Below are positions 10,275-19,504 of a stretch of 64,000 nt of DNA, piece by piece (within the stretch, counting starts at the first letter, position 1; the number at the start of each line of letters is the position of its first letter). The stretch comes from an uncultured bacterium (GTDB lineage Bacteria; Patescibacteriota; Minisyncoccia; UBA6257; 2-01-FULL-56-20): NCBI GenBank assembly GCA_963718575.1, contig OY970358.1:642172-706171 (forward strand), read 5' to 3'. The notes beneath the pieces were generated by a model. That model ran no database searches, was not told where the DNA came from, and saw only the letters and a list, made by a program, of their open reading frames with translations. The position numbers and the translations under genes are program-made.

Positions 10275-10742
10275 ATGGCAAAGTTCGAGATCACATGGCA
10301 GGCGCCGGAGTTCGAGTATCGCGAGAAGGAAGTTTCGTGGTACTGGCTTTCGATCATTGTCGCCGCGTTCATCATCGCGTTTTCGGTGTGGCAGAAGGAT
10401 TTCCTTTTCGGATTTTTCATCGTCATTGCGGAGATGCTTTTTATTGTCTGGGGAAATCGCGTGCCACAAATGACCACATTCACGCTGACGGATATGGAGA
10501 TCAACATTGGGGGATATAAGACGTATCTTTTCAAGGAATTTGAGAGCTGGAGCGTGGATGCCGACGGCGCGGAGTGGTCCGATCTGATGTTCTATTTCCG
10601 CTCGCGCCTGCACCCGCCGCTCGCAGTGATGGTGCCGGATGAAAAAATGACGGAGGTGCGCGCAAATCTGAAGGTGGCGCTCAAAGAGATCGAACATCAG
10701 CCCACGCTGATCGATTCCATTGAAAAATTCCTCCGTTTCTAG
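10275..10742 (+). CDS. Conserved two-TM membrane protein
   Basis: WQAPEFEY..K...WYW followed by two TM helices. Confidence 0.75.
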   Translation: MAKFEITWQAPEFEYREKEVSWYWLSIIVAAFIIAFSVWQKDFLFGFFIVIAEMLFIVWGNRVPQMTTFTLTDMEINIGGYKTYLFKEFESWSVDADGAEWSDLMFYFRSRLHPPLAVMVPDEKMTEVRANLKVALKEIEHQPTLIDSIEKFLRF

Positions 10743-10763
10743 TACTATTCATCTGTTCTCTAT

Positions 10764-10835
10764 GCCCTCGTCGTTCAACGGATAGGACGCAAGCTTGCGG
10801 AGCCTGTAATCGTGGTTCGATTCCACGCGGGGGCA
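10764..10835 (+). tRNA. tRNA-Arg(GCG)
   Basis: Cloverleaf GCCCTCG/CGGGGGC, anticodon loop TT-GCG-GA, T-loop TTCGATT; no encoded CCA. Confidence 0.9.
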
Positions 10836-10910
10836 CGGATAAAAATCGCCATTGAGCGAAGTGGATAGCACCAAGATGCAAGCGGGTGGCGTATTTAGTA
10901 TTATAGAAAG

Positions 10911-11951
10911 ATGGCGAAACCGACCGGGACCGGGAACAACCGTATCAGAAAGCGAATATATATTATCATAGTAATTCTCGCGTGCGCGGGGAGTTTTGGT
11001 TTCGGGTGGCTTTTGAATAAGATGACGACCACGATCACCATCCCGCCGCCGTTACGCCTGGGCGGCTATCAGTACATCAGCCCGCTCCTTAGTTGCAATC
11101 TTAGTGGCATCAAACTGGTTTCCCAGGATCAGCCGATGATCAACGCCCTCCAGTCGGTGATCTCACAGGATCAAAACGCCGGCGACGTCACCGAGGCGTC
11201 AGTATATTTCTCCGACTTTGCGACCAGCCAATCAGCGAATGTAAACGGCAATGATAAATATTATCCGGCGAGCCTCGGGAAAGTGCCGATCATGATGGCG
11301 TATTACGCGATGGCGGAAAATACAAGCAGCATTCTCGATGAAGAGAATGTGTATCCGACGAGTGCGCCGGATCAGAATGCTCAGCAGGAGATCCCGCCGG
11401 CGGATGCCATCACTCCCGGGAAGGAATATACGAACGAGCAGCTCATCGAGTATATGATCAAGTATTCCGACAATGATGCTGCGGAAGTGTTGACCGCGCT
11501 TACCACCCCCGCAGAATTGCAGGGCGTGCAGGATGTCTATTCCGATTTACAGATTCCGCTCGACAATACGGTGACCGCATCAACGAGCGATATCATGACG
11601 CCGTCGCAATACGCGATTCTTTTCAAGACGTTGTATAACGCCACGTATCTTTCCCGCGACTATTCCGAGAAGGCACTCGCGCTCATGACGCAGACGACGT
11701 TCACGCAGGGAATCGTGGCGGGCGTGCCGAGTTCAACGGTGGTTTCCCATAAATATGGATTGGTGTCATATACGTCGGGCGGTGTGCCGTATCAGTGGGA
11801 GCTTCACGATTGCGGCATCGTCTACGCGCCCGGACATCCATACTTGCTGTGCGTGATGACGAAGGGGACGACGAGCATCGCCGCACAGGAAAAGACGATT
11901 GCGGACATTTCCGCAGCGGCGTATCAGGAGGTCGAAAATGGCGGGGATTAA
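10911..11951 (+). CDS. Membrane-anchored class A beta-lactamase-like serine hydrolase
   Basis: SxxK (ASLGK), SDN, HKYG motifs; N-terminal TM. Confidence 0.85.
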   Translation: MAKPTGTGNNRIRKRIYIIIVILACAGSFGFGWLLNKMTTTITIPPPLRLGGYQYISPLLSCNLSGIKLVSQDQPMINALQSVISQDQNAGDVTEASVYFSDFATSQSANVNGNDKYYPASLGKVPIMMAYYAMAENTSSILDEENVYPTSAPDQNAQQEIPPADAITPGKEYTNEQLIEYMIKYSDNDAAEVLTALTTPAELQGVQDVYSDLQIPLDNTVTASTSDIMTPSQYAILFKTLYNATYLSRDYSEKALALMTQTTFTQGIVAGVPSSTVVSHKYGLVSYTSGGVPYQWELHDCGIVYAPGHPYLLCVMTKGTTSIAAQEKTIADISAAAYQEVENGGD

Positions 11952-12012
11952 AAGTTTGTTTCGCGCGGATTGATTTTTTTGTGAAGCTCTATATAATGAA
12001 TCCGTAAACAAA

Positions 12013-12083
12013 GCGGGTATCGTATAACGGTATTACATCTGGTTGCCAATCAGACGACAGGGGTCCGACTCCCCTTACCCGCT
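12013..12083 (+). tRNA. tRNA-Gly(GCC)
   Basis: GCGGGTA/TACCCGC acceptor, U73, anticodon loop TT-GCC-AA, T-loop TCCGACT. Confidence 0.92.
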
Positions 12084-12085
12084 CA

Positions 12086-12901
12086 ATGGAACCTCCGAAA
12101 ACTGCATCGATCATCGACATCAAGAACCTGACGAAACGGTTCGGTGACTTCGCCGCGGTGGGGGATGTCTCGTTTGGCGTGGAACGCGGGGAGATCTTTG
12201 CGTGCCTCGGGCCGAACGGCGCGGGGAAAAGTACGCTGATCAAAATGCTCATCACATTACTGAAGCCCACGGATGGCGATGCGACGATCGACGGGCACGA
12301 TATTGTGCATCATTCTGCGGAAGTGCGGAACACGATCGGCTACGTGCCGCAATCGATTTCGGTGGACGGCACGCTCACGGCATACGAGAACCTGATGCTC
12401 TTTGCGCGGCTTTACGACATCCCGCGCGCGGCGCGCAAGACGCGCATTCAGGAGACGCTCGAGTTCCTCAATCTTCAGGGCCACGCGAACGCGCTCGTGC
12501 GCACGTTTTCCGGCGGCATGATCCGCAAGATGGAGATCGGGCAGGCGATGTTGCACCGGCCAAAGGTGCTGTTTTTGGATGAGCCGACGACCGGCCTCGA
12601 TCCGATCGCCCAGCAGAGCGTGTGGGGTCATCTCGCCGACCTCCGCAAGACGATGGGTACGACGATATTTTTCTCGACGCACAATATGGAAGAGGCCGAC
12701 GGCGTGAGCGATCGCGTTGCCGTCATGAACCAGGGAAAGGTCGCGGTGATCGGAACGGTGCCGGAGTTGAAAGAAAAGACCGGCAAGCCGAACGCCACAC
12801 TTGAGGATGCGTTCATCTTCTTCTCGGGGAACAATATGAGCGATACGGGAAATTTCCGCGACATCCGTCGCATGCGCCAGACGGAAAAAAGACTGGGATA
12901 A
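12086..12901 (+). CDS. ABC-2 type exporter ATP-binding subunit (DrrA-like)
   Basis: GPNGAGKS, FSGGM, LFLDEPT, STH motifs. Confidence 0.95.
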   Translation: MEPPKTASIIDIKNLTKRFGDFAAVGDVSFGVERGEIFACLGPNGAGKSTLIKMLITLLKPTDGDATIDGHDIVHHSAEVRNTIGYVPQSISVDGTLTAYENLMLFARLYDIPRAARKTRIQETLEFLNLQGHANALVRTFSGGMIRKMEIGQAMLHRPKVLFLDEPTTGLDPIAQQSVWGHLADLRKTMGTTIFFSTHNMEEADGVSDRVAVMNQGKVAVIGTVPELKEKTGKPNATLEDAFIFFSGNNMSDTGNFRDIRRMRQTEKRLG

Positions 12902-12913
12902 TTTTATACAGCG

Positions 12914-13690
12914 ATGTTCCACTATCTTTACGAAACAATTAAAAAGTCCTGGGTGCTGACCGAAATGGAAGCGCGGAAGCTTTTGCACGATCCGACGGAG
13001 CTCATCTCCCGCGCCGTACAGCCGATCCTATGGCTTGGCATCTTCGGTGAGGCGCTCAGTAAAGTGCGCGCGATCCCGACGGGCGGATTCACCTATCTGC
13101 AGTTCATCACGCCGGGCATTCTTACGCAGTCGGTCGTCTTTGTGGCGATATTCTATGGCCTCTATATCATCATGGACCGTGACACCGGCATTTTGCAGAA
13201 ATTGCTCGTGACGCCGACGCCGCGCCTCGCGCTCGTGTGGGGCAAGATGCTTTCCGCCGGCCTGCGCGGACTGTGTCAGGCGCTCATCGTTTTCATTTTC
13301 GCGATCATCCTCGGCGTCCAGTTGAACATTTCGCTCTGGTCCATCCTCGGCGTCATCGTGATTGTCCTCCTTGGCGCGGCCGTCTTCACCGGCATCTCGA
13401 TGATCATCGCCTCCATCGTAAAGACGCGCGAGCGGTTCATGGGCATCGGACAGGTGATCACGCTGCCGCTCTTCTTCGCTTCGAACGCCATCTATCCGAT
13501 CGCGATCATGCCGACGTGGCTTCAGGTGGTGGCGAACATCAATCCGTTGAGCTATATGGTGGACGGGTTGCGCGCGCTCATGCTCACGAACACGAGCGCG
13601 GGTGTCGGCTTCGACATTTTCATTCTCGCGGTCGTCGCGCTCGGCATATCAATGATCAGCGCATGGATGTATCCGAAGGTGGTGATATAG
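12914..13690 (+). CDS. ABC-2 type exporter permease (DrrB-like)
   Basis: Six TM segments; PLFFAS..YP, NPLSY motifs. Confidence 0.92.
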   Translation: MFHYLYETIKKSWVLTEMEARKLLHDPTELISRAVQPILWLGIFGEALSKVRAIPTGGFTYLQFITPGILTQSVVFVAIFYGLYIIMDRDTGILQKLLVTPTPRLALVWGKMLSAGLRGLCQALIVFIFAIILGVQLNISLWSILGVIVIVLLGAAVFTGISMIIASIVKTRERFMGIGQVITLPLFFASNAIYPIAIMPTWLQVVANINPLSYMVDGLRALMLTNTSAGVGFDIFILAVVALGISMISAWMYPKVVI

Positions 13691-13769
13691 CAGTGGATAT
13701 GTGTTGATTTTTTTTCGGCCATGCGTATATTTCTAAAAAGTGTGTGAGCATTTTTTGGGGAGGAACCGA

Positions 13770-13985
13770 ATGCCCTGCATCGCCGAATATTGTGACCCCG
13801 AGTTTCGCCATCAACCGCCCATCATCGAACTTGTCGATGCCCTTACGGACGAACTTCGCAACGCAAAGGATAAGACCGCGTTCGATCTGACTTTTGTGAA
13901 CGCCATTGCCACTGTCAGCAAGGTCTTTGGAGCCGATGCCGTTGAAGCTTTTAAGGAAGTATTGCCGGTCTGGAACGGCGCCTGA
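13770..13985 (+). CDS. Small hypothetical protein
   Basis: GGGAGG SD before ATG 13770; 71 aa. Confidence 0.5.
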   Translation: MPCIAEYCDPEFRHQPPIIELVDALTDELRNAKDKTAFDLTFVNAIATVSKVFGADAVEAFKEVLPVWNGA

Positions 13986-14098
13986 CTTCTTCTCTCTCTA
14001 TGAATGACGGGGCCTCAAGCGGCTGCAGGCACTCCGGTGCTTGCAGCCTTTTTTACATGGATTTGCAGGATTCCTTTTATGGAGTAAAATCTATAACA

Positions 14099-14692
14099 AT
14101 GATCCTCTCTGACCGCGACATTGAGAAGGCGCTGAAAAGCGGACGAATAACGGTCGCGCCGCTGTTTCCCCATGCGATCCAGCCGGCATCGATCGACCTC
14201 CATCTTGGAAAAGATTTTTTGGTATTTAAAACCAATGACCAAGTGTGCATCGACCCGAAAGAGCCGATTGATCACATCATGGAAAAGGCGGAGATCAGTG
14301 AAAAAAAACAATTCGTAATCCACCCGGGCGAGTTCGCGCTTGGCATGATCTACGAAGTGGTGGGCGTCGGTGATGATATGGTGGGACGCCTAGAGGGGAA
14401 GTCGTCGCTCGGGCGCATCGGTCTTATCATTCATGCAACGGCGGGCTATCTTGACCCGGGAAATAAATTAAAGATGACGCTTGAGCTGCATAACGTCTCT
14501 CCGTTGCCGATCAAGCTTTACTATAAAATGCCGATCGCGCAGATGTCGTTCACGCCGCTCTCTTCGCCCGCCGAACATCCATATGGCAAGAAGGCGCTTG
14601 GCAGTAAATATTATGGCGCGATGAAACCGCAGGCGTCGCAGTACTGGAGGAATTTCAAGAAGAATAATCAGTGGATGAAGTTTGAGAAATAA
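14099..14692 (+). CDS. dcd: dCTP deaminase
   Basis: MILSDRDI, QPASIDL, GKSSLGRIGL, AGYLDPG, TLEL motifs. Confidence 0.95.
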   Translation: MILSDRDIEKALKSGRITVAPLFPHAIQPASIDLHLGKDFLVFKTNDQVCIDPKEPIDHIMEKAEISEKKQFVIHPGEFALGMIYEVVGVGDDMVGRLEGKSSLGRIGLIIHATAGYLDPGNKLKMTLELHNVSPLPIKLYYKMPIAQMSFTPLSSPAEHPYGKKALGSKYYGAMKPQASQYWRNFKKNNQWMKFEK

Positions 14693-14693
14693 A

Positions 14694-16373
14694 ATGAATA
14701 ACGAAGCGTACCGTCCGGATTTTCCACAGGAGGCATGGACCGACGAAGAGCGATTTCTCCTTGGGCCGTTTGTAAGCGACCTCGACGGGTTCGTTTCGGT
14801 ATTGCGCAATCTTCCGCCGGAGATCGTGGGAGCGCTCTGTTCCCGCGCGAGCCGCGCGGGCGGTTCTCTCGTGCGCATATTACATGACGAATATCTGAAG
14901 CCGATCATTGATAGCGATCCAAAGCTCGGCGAAGAACTGAAGAATATGGTCGTGTTCCTCAATGAGCACGGATTCAAGAATATTTTGAACAATCAGCGCG
15001 CGCAGGCGTTCTACGTGAAGTGGCTTTCGCAATATGGTGACGATTCGATCGCACAGATGACAGGCACGCATGTGGCGTTTTGGGGAATTTCGCAGGTGGC
15101 GATGAAATATCTGGAGGATCAGCGCATCGGCCTCGAGCCGATCGAGAAGTCCACGCGGTATGTGAGCTTTGCCAAGAAAGTTGGTGGGAAGTATCTGTAC
15201 TACACACCAAAGCCGGATCTCGAAAAGCTGGGATTGCTCGTTGAATATAAGAACGCGCTCGATAATCTTTTTGAAACGTATTCATCGCTTGTGGAGGAGT
15301 TGAAGGTATGGCTTAAAGCGAATTATGAAGAGAAGGAAGGCGTGCTTGAGAAAAAAGCATTCGATACCCTGCGTGGTATGCTCCCGATGGCGACGCTCGG
15401 TCAGGTGGGCTTCCGCGGCAACGCGCAGGCGCTTGAGTATGCGGTGAATCGCATGGCCGCGCACGAACTCGGCGAGTTCCGGTGGATATCGGATACGTTA
15501 AGAGGGGAGCTTGATAAGGAGATTCCCTCATTGTTGTTGCGCTTGCAGGACGAGAAGTCGCATGAATACCAGGGATATCTCGGGCATCGCATGCAAATCA
15601 CGCGGAATTTTGTGAAGACGTCGCATGCGGATTTCGCGGCAGCGGCCGATGGCGCTGCGCCAGCAACGGGCCCAGTGGTGAAGCTTGTCGAGTATGATGC
15701 TGATGCCGAGCTTAAAGTGCTCGCGGGAATTCTCTATTCGGCGAGCCACGCAGAATGGGACGAATGTTTTACAAAGGCAAAGAAGCTTTCGCCAGAAGAA
15801 AAAGAAAAATTACTCGGCGCCTACCTTTCTGGCCGCACCGCGCGATGGCATAAAGTGGGTCGCGCATTTGAGAACAGCTATGTCCGCTTCGATATCCTTA
15901 TGGATATCGGTGCGTATCGCGACCTGCACCGCCATCGGATGATGACGCAGGAGCGCCAGCTCTTTAGCGTACGCCATGGATATGATATGCCGCAGGAGAT
16001 CGCGTGGGCAGGGCTCGAAAAGCGTTATCGCGAGACGATGGAATCAATAGTGCCGCTATTCAATGAACTGGAAGCATATTCTCCTGAGCTCGCGCAGTAC
16101 GTTGTGCCGCTTGCGTACCGCGTTCGTTTTCAACAATACCAAAACCTCCGCCAATTTTTCTGGGAGGCAGAGCTACGTACCGGGCCGCAGGGTCATCCGA
16201 ACTATCGCTTTATCGAGCAGGAAAAATTCCGCCTATTAAAAGAAAAACTTCCACTCATCAGTAAGGCGATGATCGTGGATATGAATGATTACAGTTTCGC
16301 CCGACGCGGCACCGAAGAGGCGATCCTCGCGAAGGAAGAGAAGCTGAGAAATAAACTTCAGGGGAAGGGCTAG
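14694..16373 (+). CDS. thyX: FAD-dependent thymidylate synthase, long two-domain form
   Basis: YGDDSIAQ, EKSTRY, FDTLRGMLP, RDLHRHR, ELRT..QGH motifs. Confidence 0.9.
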   Translation: MNNEAYRPDFPQEAWTDEERFLLGPFVSDLDGFVSVLRNLPPEIVGALCSRASRAGGSLVRILHDEYLKPIIDSDPKLGEELKNMVVFLNEHGFKNILNNQRAQAFYVKWLSQYGDDSIAQMTGTHVAFWGISQVAMKYLEDQRIGLEPIEKSTRYVSFAKKVGGKYLYYTPKPDLEKLGLLVEYKNALDNLFETYSSLVEELKVWLKANYEEKEGVLEKKAFDTLRGMLPMATLGQVGFRGNAQALEYAVNRMAAHELGEFRWISDTLRGELDKEIPSLLLRLQDEKSHEYQGYLGHRMQITRNFVKTSHADFAAAADGAAPATGPVVKLVEYDADAELKVLAGILYSASHAEWDECFTKAKKLSPEEKEKLLGAYLSGRTARWHKVGRAFENSYVRFDILMDIGAYRDLHRHRMMTQERQLFSVRHGYDMPQEIAWAGLEKRYRETMESIVPLFNELEAYSPELAQYVVPLAYRVRFQQYQNLRQFFWEAELRTGPQGHPNYRFIEQEKFRLLKEKLPLISKAMIVDMNDYSFARRGTEEAILAKEEKLRNKLQGKG

Positions 16374-17053
16374 CGTCCGACTGTCTTTTGGAAAACCAGC
16401 CAAACTTTCTCATGTACGGCGTCGATCGAAAGCAGTTTGCCGTCTTCCACGCATTCTACAACGGCGAACTCGGAGGGATATGCCTCGGCCAACTGCCGGT
16501 ATGTTTCCTCGCTCCTTTTTAAATGATTGATATCGGATTCATGAAGGTCGCGCTTTTTTCCACCGAGATATTGACGCTCTAATTTTTTATCCACGAGTTC
16601 CTGTGCAATCTCCGCGGGAACATGGAGAAGGATATTTAAATCCGGCCGCGGAATTTTATTGATATTGTATTCAAGATCGCTATTCCATTCGAAATATTTT
16701 TTACGCTCGGCACGATCGTTGTATTTTGATCCTTGATGCCCAAGACTCGACGCAACATAGCGATTTGAGATTACAATGTCGCTCTCCGCGAGTGCGGTAC
16801 GGATCGCCGGTGCCGCCGCATAGCGGTCGAGCGCGTAGAAGAGGGAGGCGGTCTTGGGCCCCACCTCGTCTATCGTGCCGAAATTGCCGTTCAGGAACTG
16901 ACTTACGAACCATGCGGAAGGTTCGCTATAGCGCGGGAAGTCGAACGGGGTCACCGTCATCCCGGAATCCTTCAACCGTTTTACCAGCCGGATTGTTTGT
17001 TCTCCTTTTCCTGAACCATCAGTCCCTTCAATGACGATAAATTTTCCAGCCAT
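16370..17053 (-). CDS. tmk: Thymidylate kinase
   Basis: FIVIEGTDGSGK P-loop, FPRY, LFYALDR, NRY. Confidence 0.95.
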   Translation of the reverse strand: MAGKFIVIEGTDGSGKGEQTIRLVKRLKDSGMTVTPFDFPRYSEPSAWFVSQFLNGNFGTIDEVGPKTASLFYALDRYAAAPAIRTALAESDIVISNRYVASSLGHQGSKYNDRAERKKYFEWNSDLEYNINKIPRPDLNILLHVPAEIAQELVDKKLERQYLGGKKRDLHESDINHLKRSEETYRQLAEAYPSEFAVVECVEDGKLLSIDAVHEKVWLVFQKTVGR

Positions 17054-17210
17054 GTTCTCTACAGTATAAAGGGAATGGGCACCGCGACGCTAGACCCGGA
17101 AACCCCAACGCGCTATAATAGACCTATAAGAAGATGCCCTATTGCGTGGGGCATTTTTGATAAACGGGGGTGGGCGAGATAAACGCCAAAAACCCCTCAA
17201 AACGAGTAAC

Positions 17211-17219
17211 TTATCCACA
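17211..17219 (+). promoter_or_regulatory. Perfect DnaA box just upstream of the ECF sigma gene
   Basis: TTATCCACA. Confidence 0.5.
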
Positions 17220-17234
17220 TAATTTACGTTCTAC

Positions 17235-17801
17235 ATGATAGACGGTGAGGAAGAAAAACTCATTCAGTCAGCCGTCGGGGGCGATTCCTCGGCTTTTGGC
17301 TCTCTCTACGATCGTTATCAATCGGCAATTTACCGCTTTATTGTGATCAAAGTCGGCAGCCGTGAGGAAGCCGAGGATATCACCCATCACGTGTTCCTGT
17401 CCGCGTGGCAGAAGGTAGGCACCTATAAGCACCGCGGGCATCCGTTCTCGAGCTGGCTTTACCAGATCGCGCGGAACATGGTGATTGACCATTATCGTTC
17501 CCAAAAGGACGATGTGAGTCTCGACAAGCTGGACCCGGATTCTTCCATCATTCCCGCCGTCGCGCAGTCGGACCTTTTTACAAAGATGCAGCTCGAGAAA
17601 GTGCATGGTGCGATCAAAGAGCTGAAGCCAGATTATCAGGATGTCATCATTCTGAGATTCGTCGAAGACCTGTCGCTCAAAGACACTGCGACGATTCTCA
17701 AGAAATCGGAAGGCGCCGTGAAGCTTGCCCAGCACCGCGCCATCAAGGAGTTGAAAAAGAAATTGGGCGGTGAGCATTACGAAGACGATGAAATTATCTG
17801 A
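17235..17801 (+). CDS. ECF-subfamily sigma-70 factor
   Basis: AEDIT..VF, FSSWLYQIARN (region 2); SEGAVKLAQHRA (region 4). Confidence 0.95.
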   Translation: MIDGEEEKLIQSAVGGDSSAFGSLYDRYQSAIYRFIVIKVGSREEAEDITHHVFLSAWQKVGTYKHRGHPFSSWLYQIARNMVIDHYRSQKDDVSLDKLDPDSSIIPAVAQSDLFTKMQLEKVHGAIKELKPDYQDVIILRFVEDLSLKDTATILKKSEGAVKLAQHRAIKELKKKLGGEHYEDDEII

Positions 17802-18303
17802 CCTATTAAAACAATTTAAAACTATCGAGCCCGACGCGGAATTTTCCCAACGGACGCGCACGGAGATTTTGCTTTCTCCGCGGGCGGAGCGCCGCACCAT
17901 GGGCGGCGTGTTCACGTTTTTACACATGCTTGAAACGGGTGCCGCGGTGGCCCTCGCCGGATTTTTCATATTCATACTCGCGGAAAGTTTTTCTCCGACC
18001 CGCTCGATCGGGCCGGTACAATATGCGGTGATTGATCCCGCCGGATTGCACGCAGAGGCGCAGGCGATCGATATGCAGATCCAGCTCGCTGATATCGAGT
18101 ATCCGCAGGTGACGTCCACTGCAGCAGGGGAATCGGTGGCCGCGTCACCAGCGACGCTCAATAAAGTTTTTGCCGCCGCGCTTGGCGTTCAGTCCACATC
18201 TTCCGCATCCGCGCCGGCCGCAACGGCCGGGGGGGCGACTTCGACCGCTTCGACCACCACCGCACTTTCCGTCGATCAGGCATTGCAACAACTATCCCAT
18301 TAA
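17788..18303 (+). CDS. Putative anti-sigma factor (single TM)
   Basis: Overlaps sigma stop; LKQFKTIEPDAEF N-terminus, one TM, Ser/Thr/Ala-rich tail. Confidence 0.55.
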   Translation: MKLSDLLKQFKTIEPDAEFSQRTRTEILLSPRAERRTMGGVFTFLHMLETGAAVALAGFFIFILAESFSPTRSIGPVQYAVIDPAGLHAEAQAIDMQIQLADIEYPQVTSTAAGESVAASPATLNKVFAAALGVQSTSSASAPAATAGGATSTASTTTALSVDQALQQLSH

Positions 18304-19083
18304 ATGAAAATCGCAAAGGCGGTATCTCTGGCTATTTCCTCCATCCTGTTTGCCGCAGGCGCGTTTTTTATTTTGGGATTCATCGGCGCGCCGACCGCGC
18401 AGGCGGCGACCTGTGGCATCACCGCGGGAGATATCGCCCAGATAACGGCAATAGAGAATGATGCCTCGCTTACCTCTTCACAAGAAATTACGCAGGAGCT
18501 CGCGGCGAGGAAAAAACTTGTCGGAGAGACGATCATGTGTGCGCAACAGGAGGCAAAGACGTTTCAGATAAATTTAGCGAGCACTACCGTCCAGGGGGAT
18601 TCCCAGCAATTGCAGGGGCAGCTATTGAGCGATCTTGGTAATGCATCAAATTTTTATAATTTGGAACTGACCAAATTGAGCGGTGTCGGCATTTCCGGCA
18701 GCGAGGAGATCGCGCAGGCGGTGCTTGCCTGGCGTGCGGGGACCTTCCTTCCTCTCAGCGAGAACGTCAACAACTTCATTCTGTGGGCGCAGAACCAGAG
18801 TCTTTTTGATACTGCACAGACCCGGATGACACAGACGGGGCAGGCGGTCTCGTTCCTTGAGGGGACGACGCCCAATGTCGCCTTGCAGACCGCTTTCGAT
18901 AACGCGCAGTCATCCTTTAATAGCGCCGAGAGCGAGAACCTTCAGGCGAAGGCCGCGCTCGCGCAGGGACTTTCGCCTGACCAATCGCTCGCGCTCATCA
19001 AGCAATCGCTTGCTTCGCTTTCCGCAACGTATCAGAATCTATTCACAGTGAGCACACTGATCACCAACAACCTCCCGCAGTAG
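18304..19083 (+). CDS. Secreted helical hypothetical protein
   Basis: Signal peptide ending PTAQA. Confidence 0.7.
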   Translation: MKIAKAVSLAISSILFAAGAFFILGFIGAPTAQAATCGITAGDIAQITAIENDASLTSSQEITQELAARKKLVGETIMCAQQEAKTFQINLASTTVQGDSQQLQGQLLSDLGNASNFYNLELTKLSGVGISGSEEIAQAVLAWRAGTFLPLSENVNNFILWAQNQSLFDTAQTRMTQTGQAVSFLEGTTPNVALQTAFDNAQSSFNSAESENLQAKAALAQGLSPDQSLALIKQSLASLSATYQNLFTVSTLITNNLPQ

Positions 19084-19486
19084 GAACCGTATGTAAATAG
19101 TTCTCAATCAGTGCGATATCTTTAGAATCCTTTTCGCGGCCATACGAGCGTTTAATCCGTACGATGTCTTTTAAATTGCAAAAAGGAATCCCATTGATAA
19201 TTTCCGCGGCCTCTCTCAACTCTTTGAATCCAGATTGGATTCCGCCGCCGATCGTCGGATACAGTTCTATTACGCCATTGTCCAGGCCCGATGGTTCATT
19301 CGGATCCAAGCGGGGATGGATTTTCCATTTATCATCTTTTCAGCACTCTTCCAATAATTCAAGAGCAACTAAAATATCGACGTCGTGTGTTTCTCGGATT
19401 CCTCTTGCGGCGATTGCGCCGCCGCCAAAAACAACATATCTTTCTGGCGGGAAGCCAAGCTTTTTAATTTCACGAAAGACATCCAT
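19061..19486 (-). pseudogene. Minimal nucleotidyltransferase-like gene interrupted by an in-frame TGA (19340-19342)
   Basis: MDVFREIKKLGFPPERYVVFGGGAIAARGIRETHDVDILV...EEC*KDDKW continues in frame into ORF 19061..19309 (K...GREKD..DI motif). Confidence 0.7.
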
Positions 19487-19504
19487 TTCTGAATTATAGC
19501 AGTT

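Noticed and set aside
10911-11951. Calling this gene and 39521-40873 antibiotic-resistance beta-lactamases
   Set aside because: Motifs show only the serine hydrolase/PBP fold; substrate cannot be inferred
19340-19342. TGA recoding (genetic code 25 or selenocysteine)
   Set aside because: TGA ends clear genes here (pilC, pilin, pilD), no other internal TGA was seen, and no SECIS is evident
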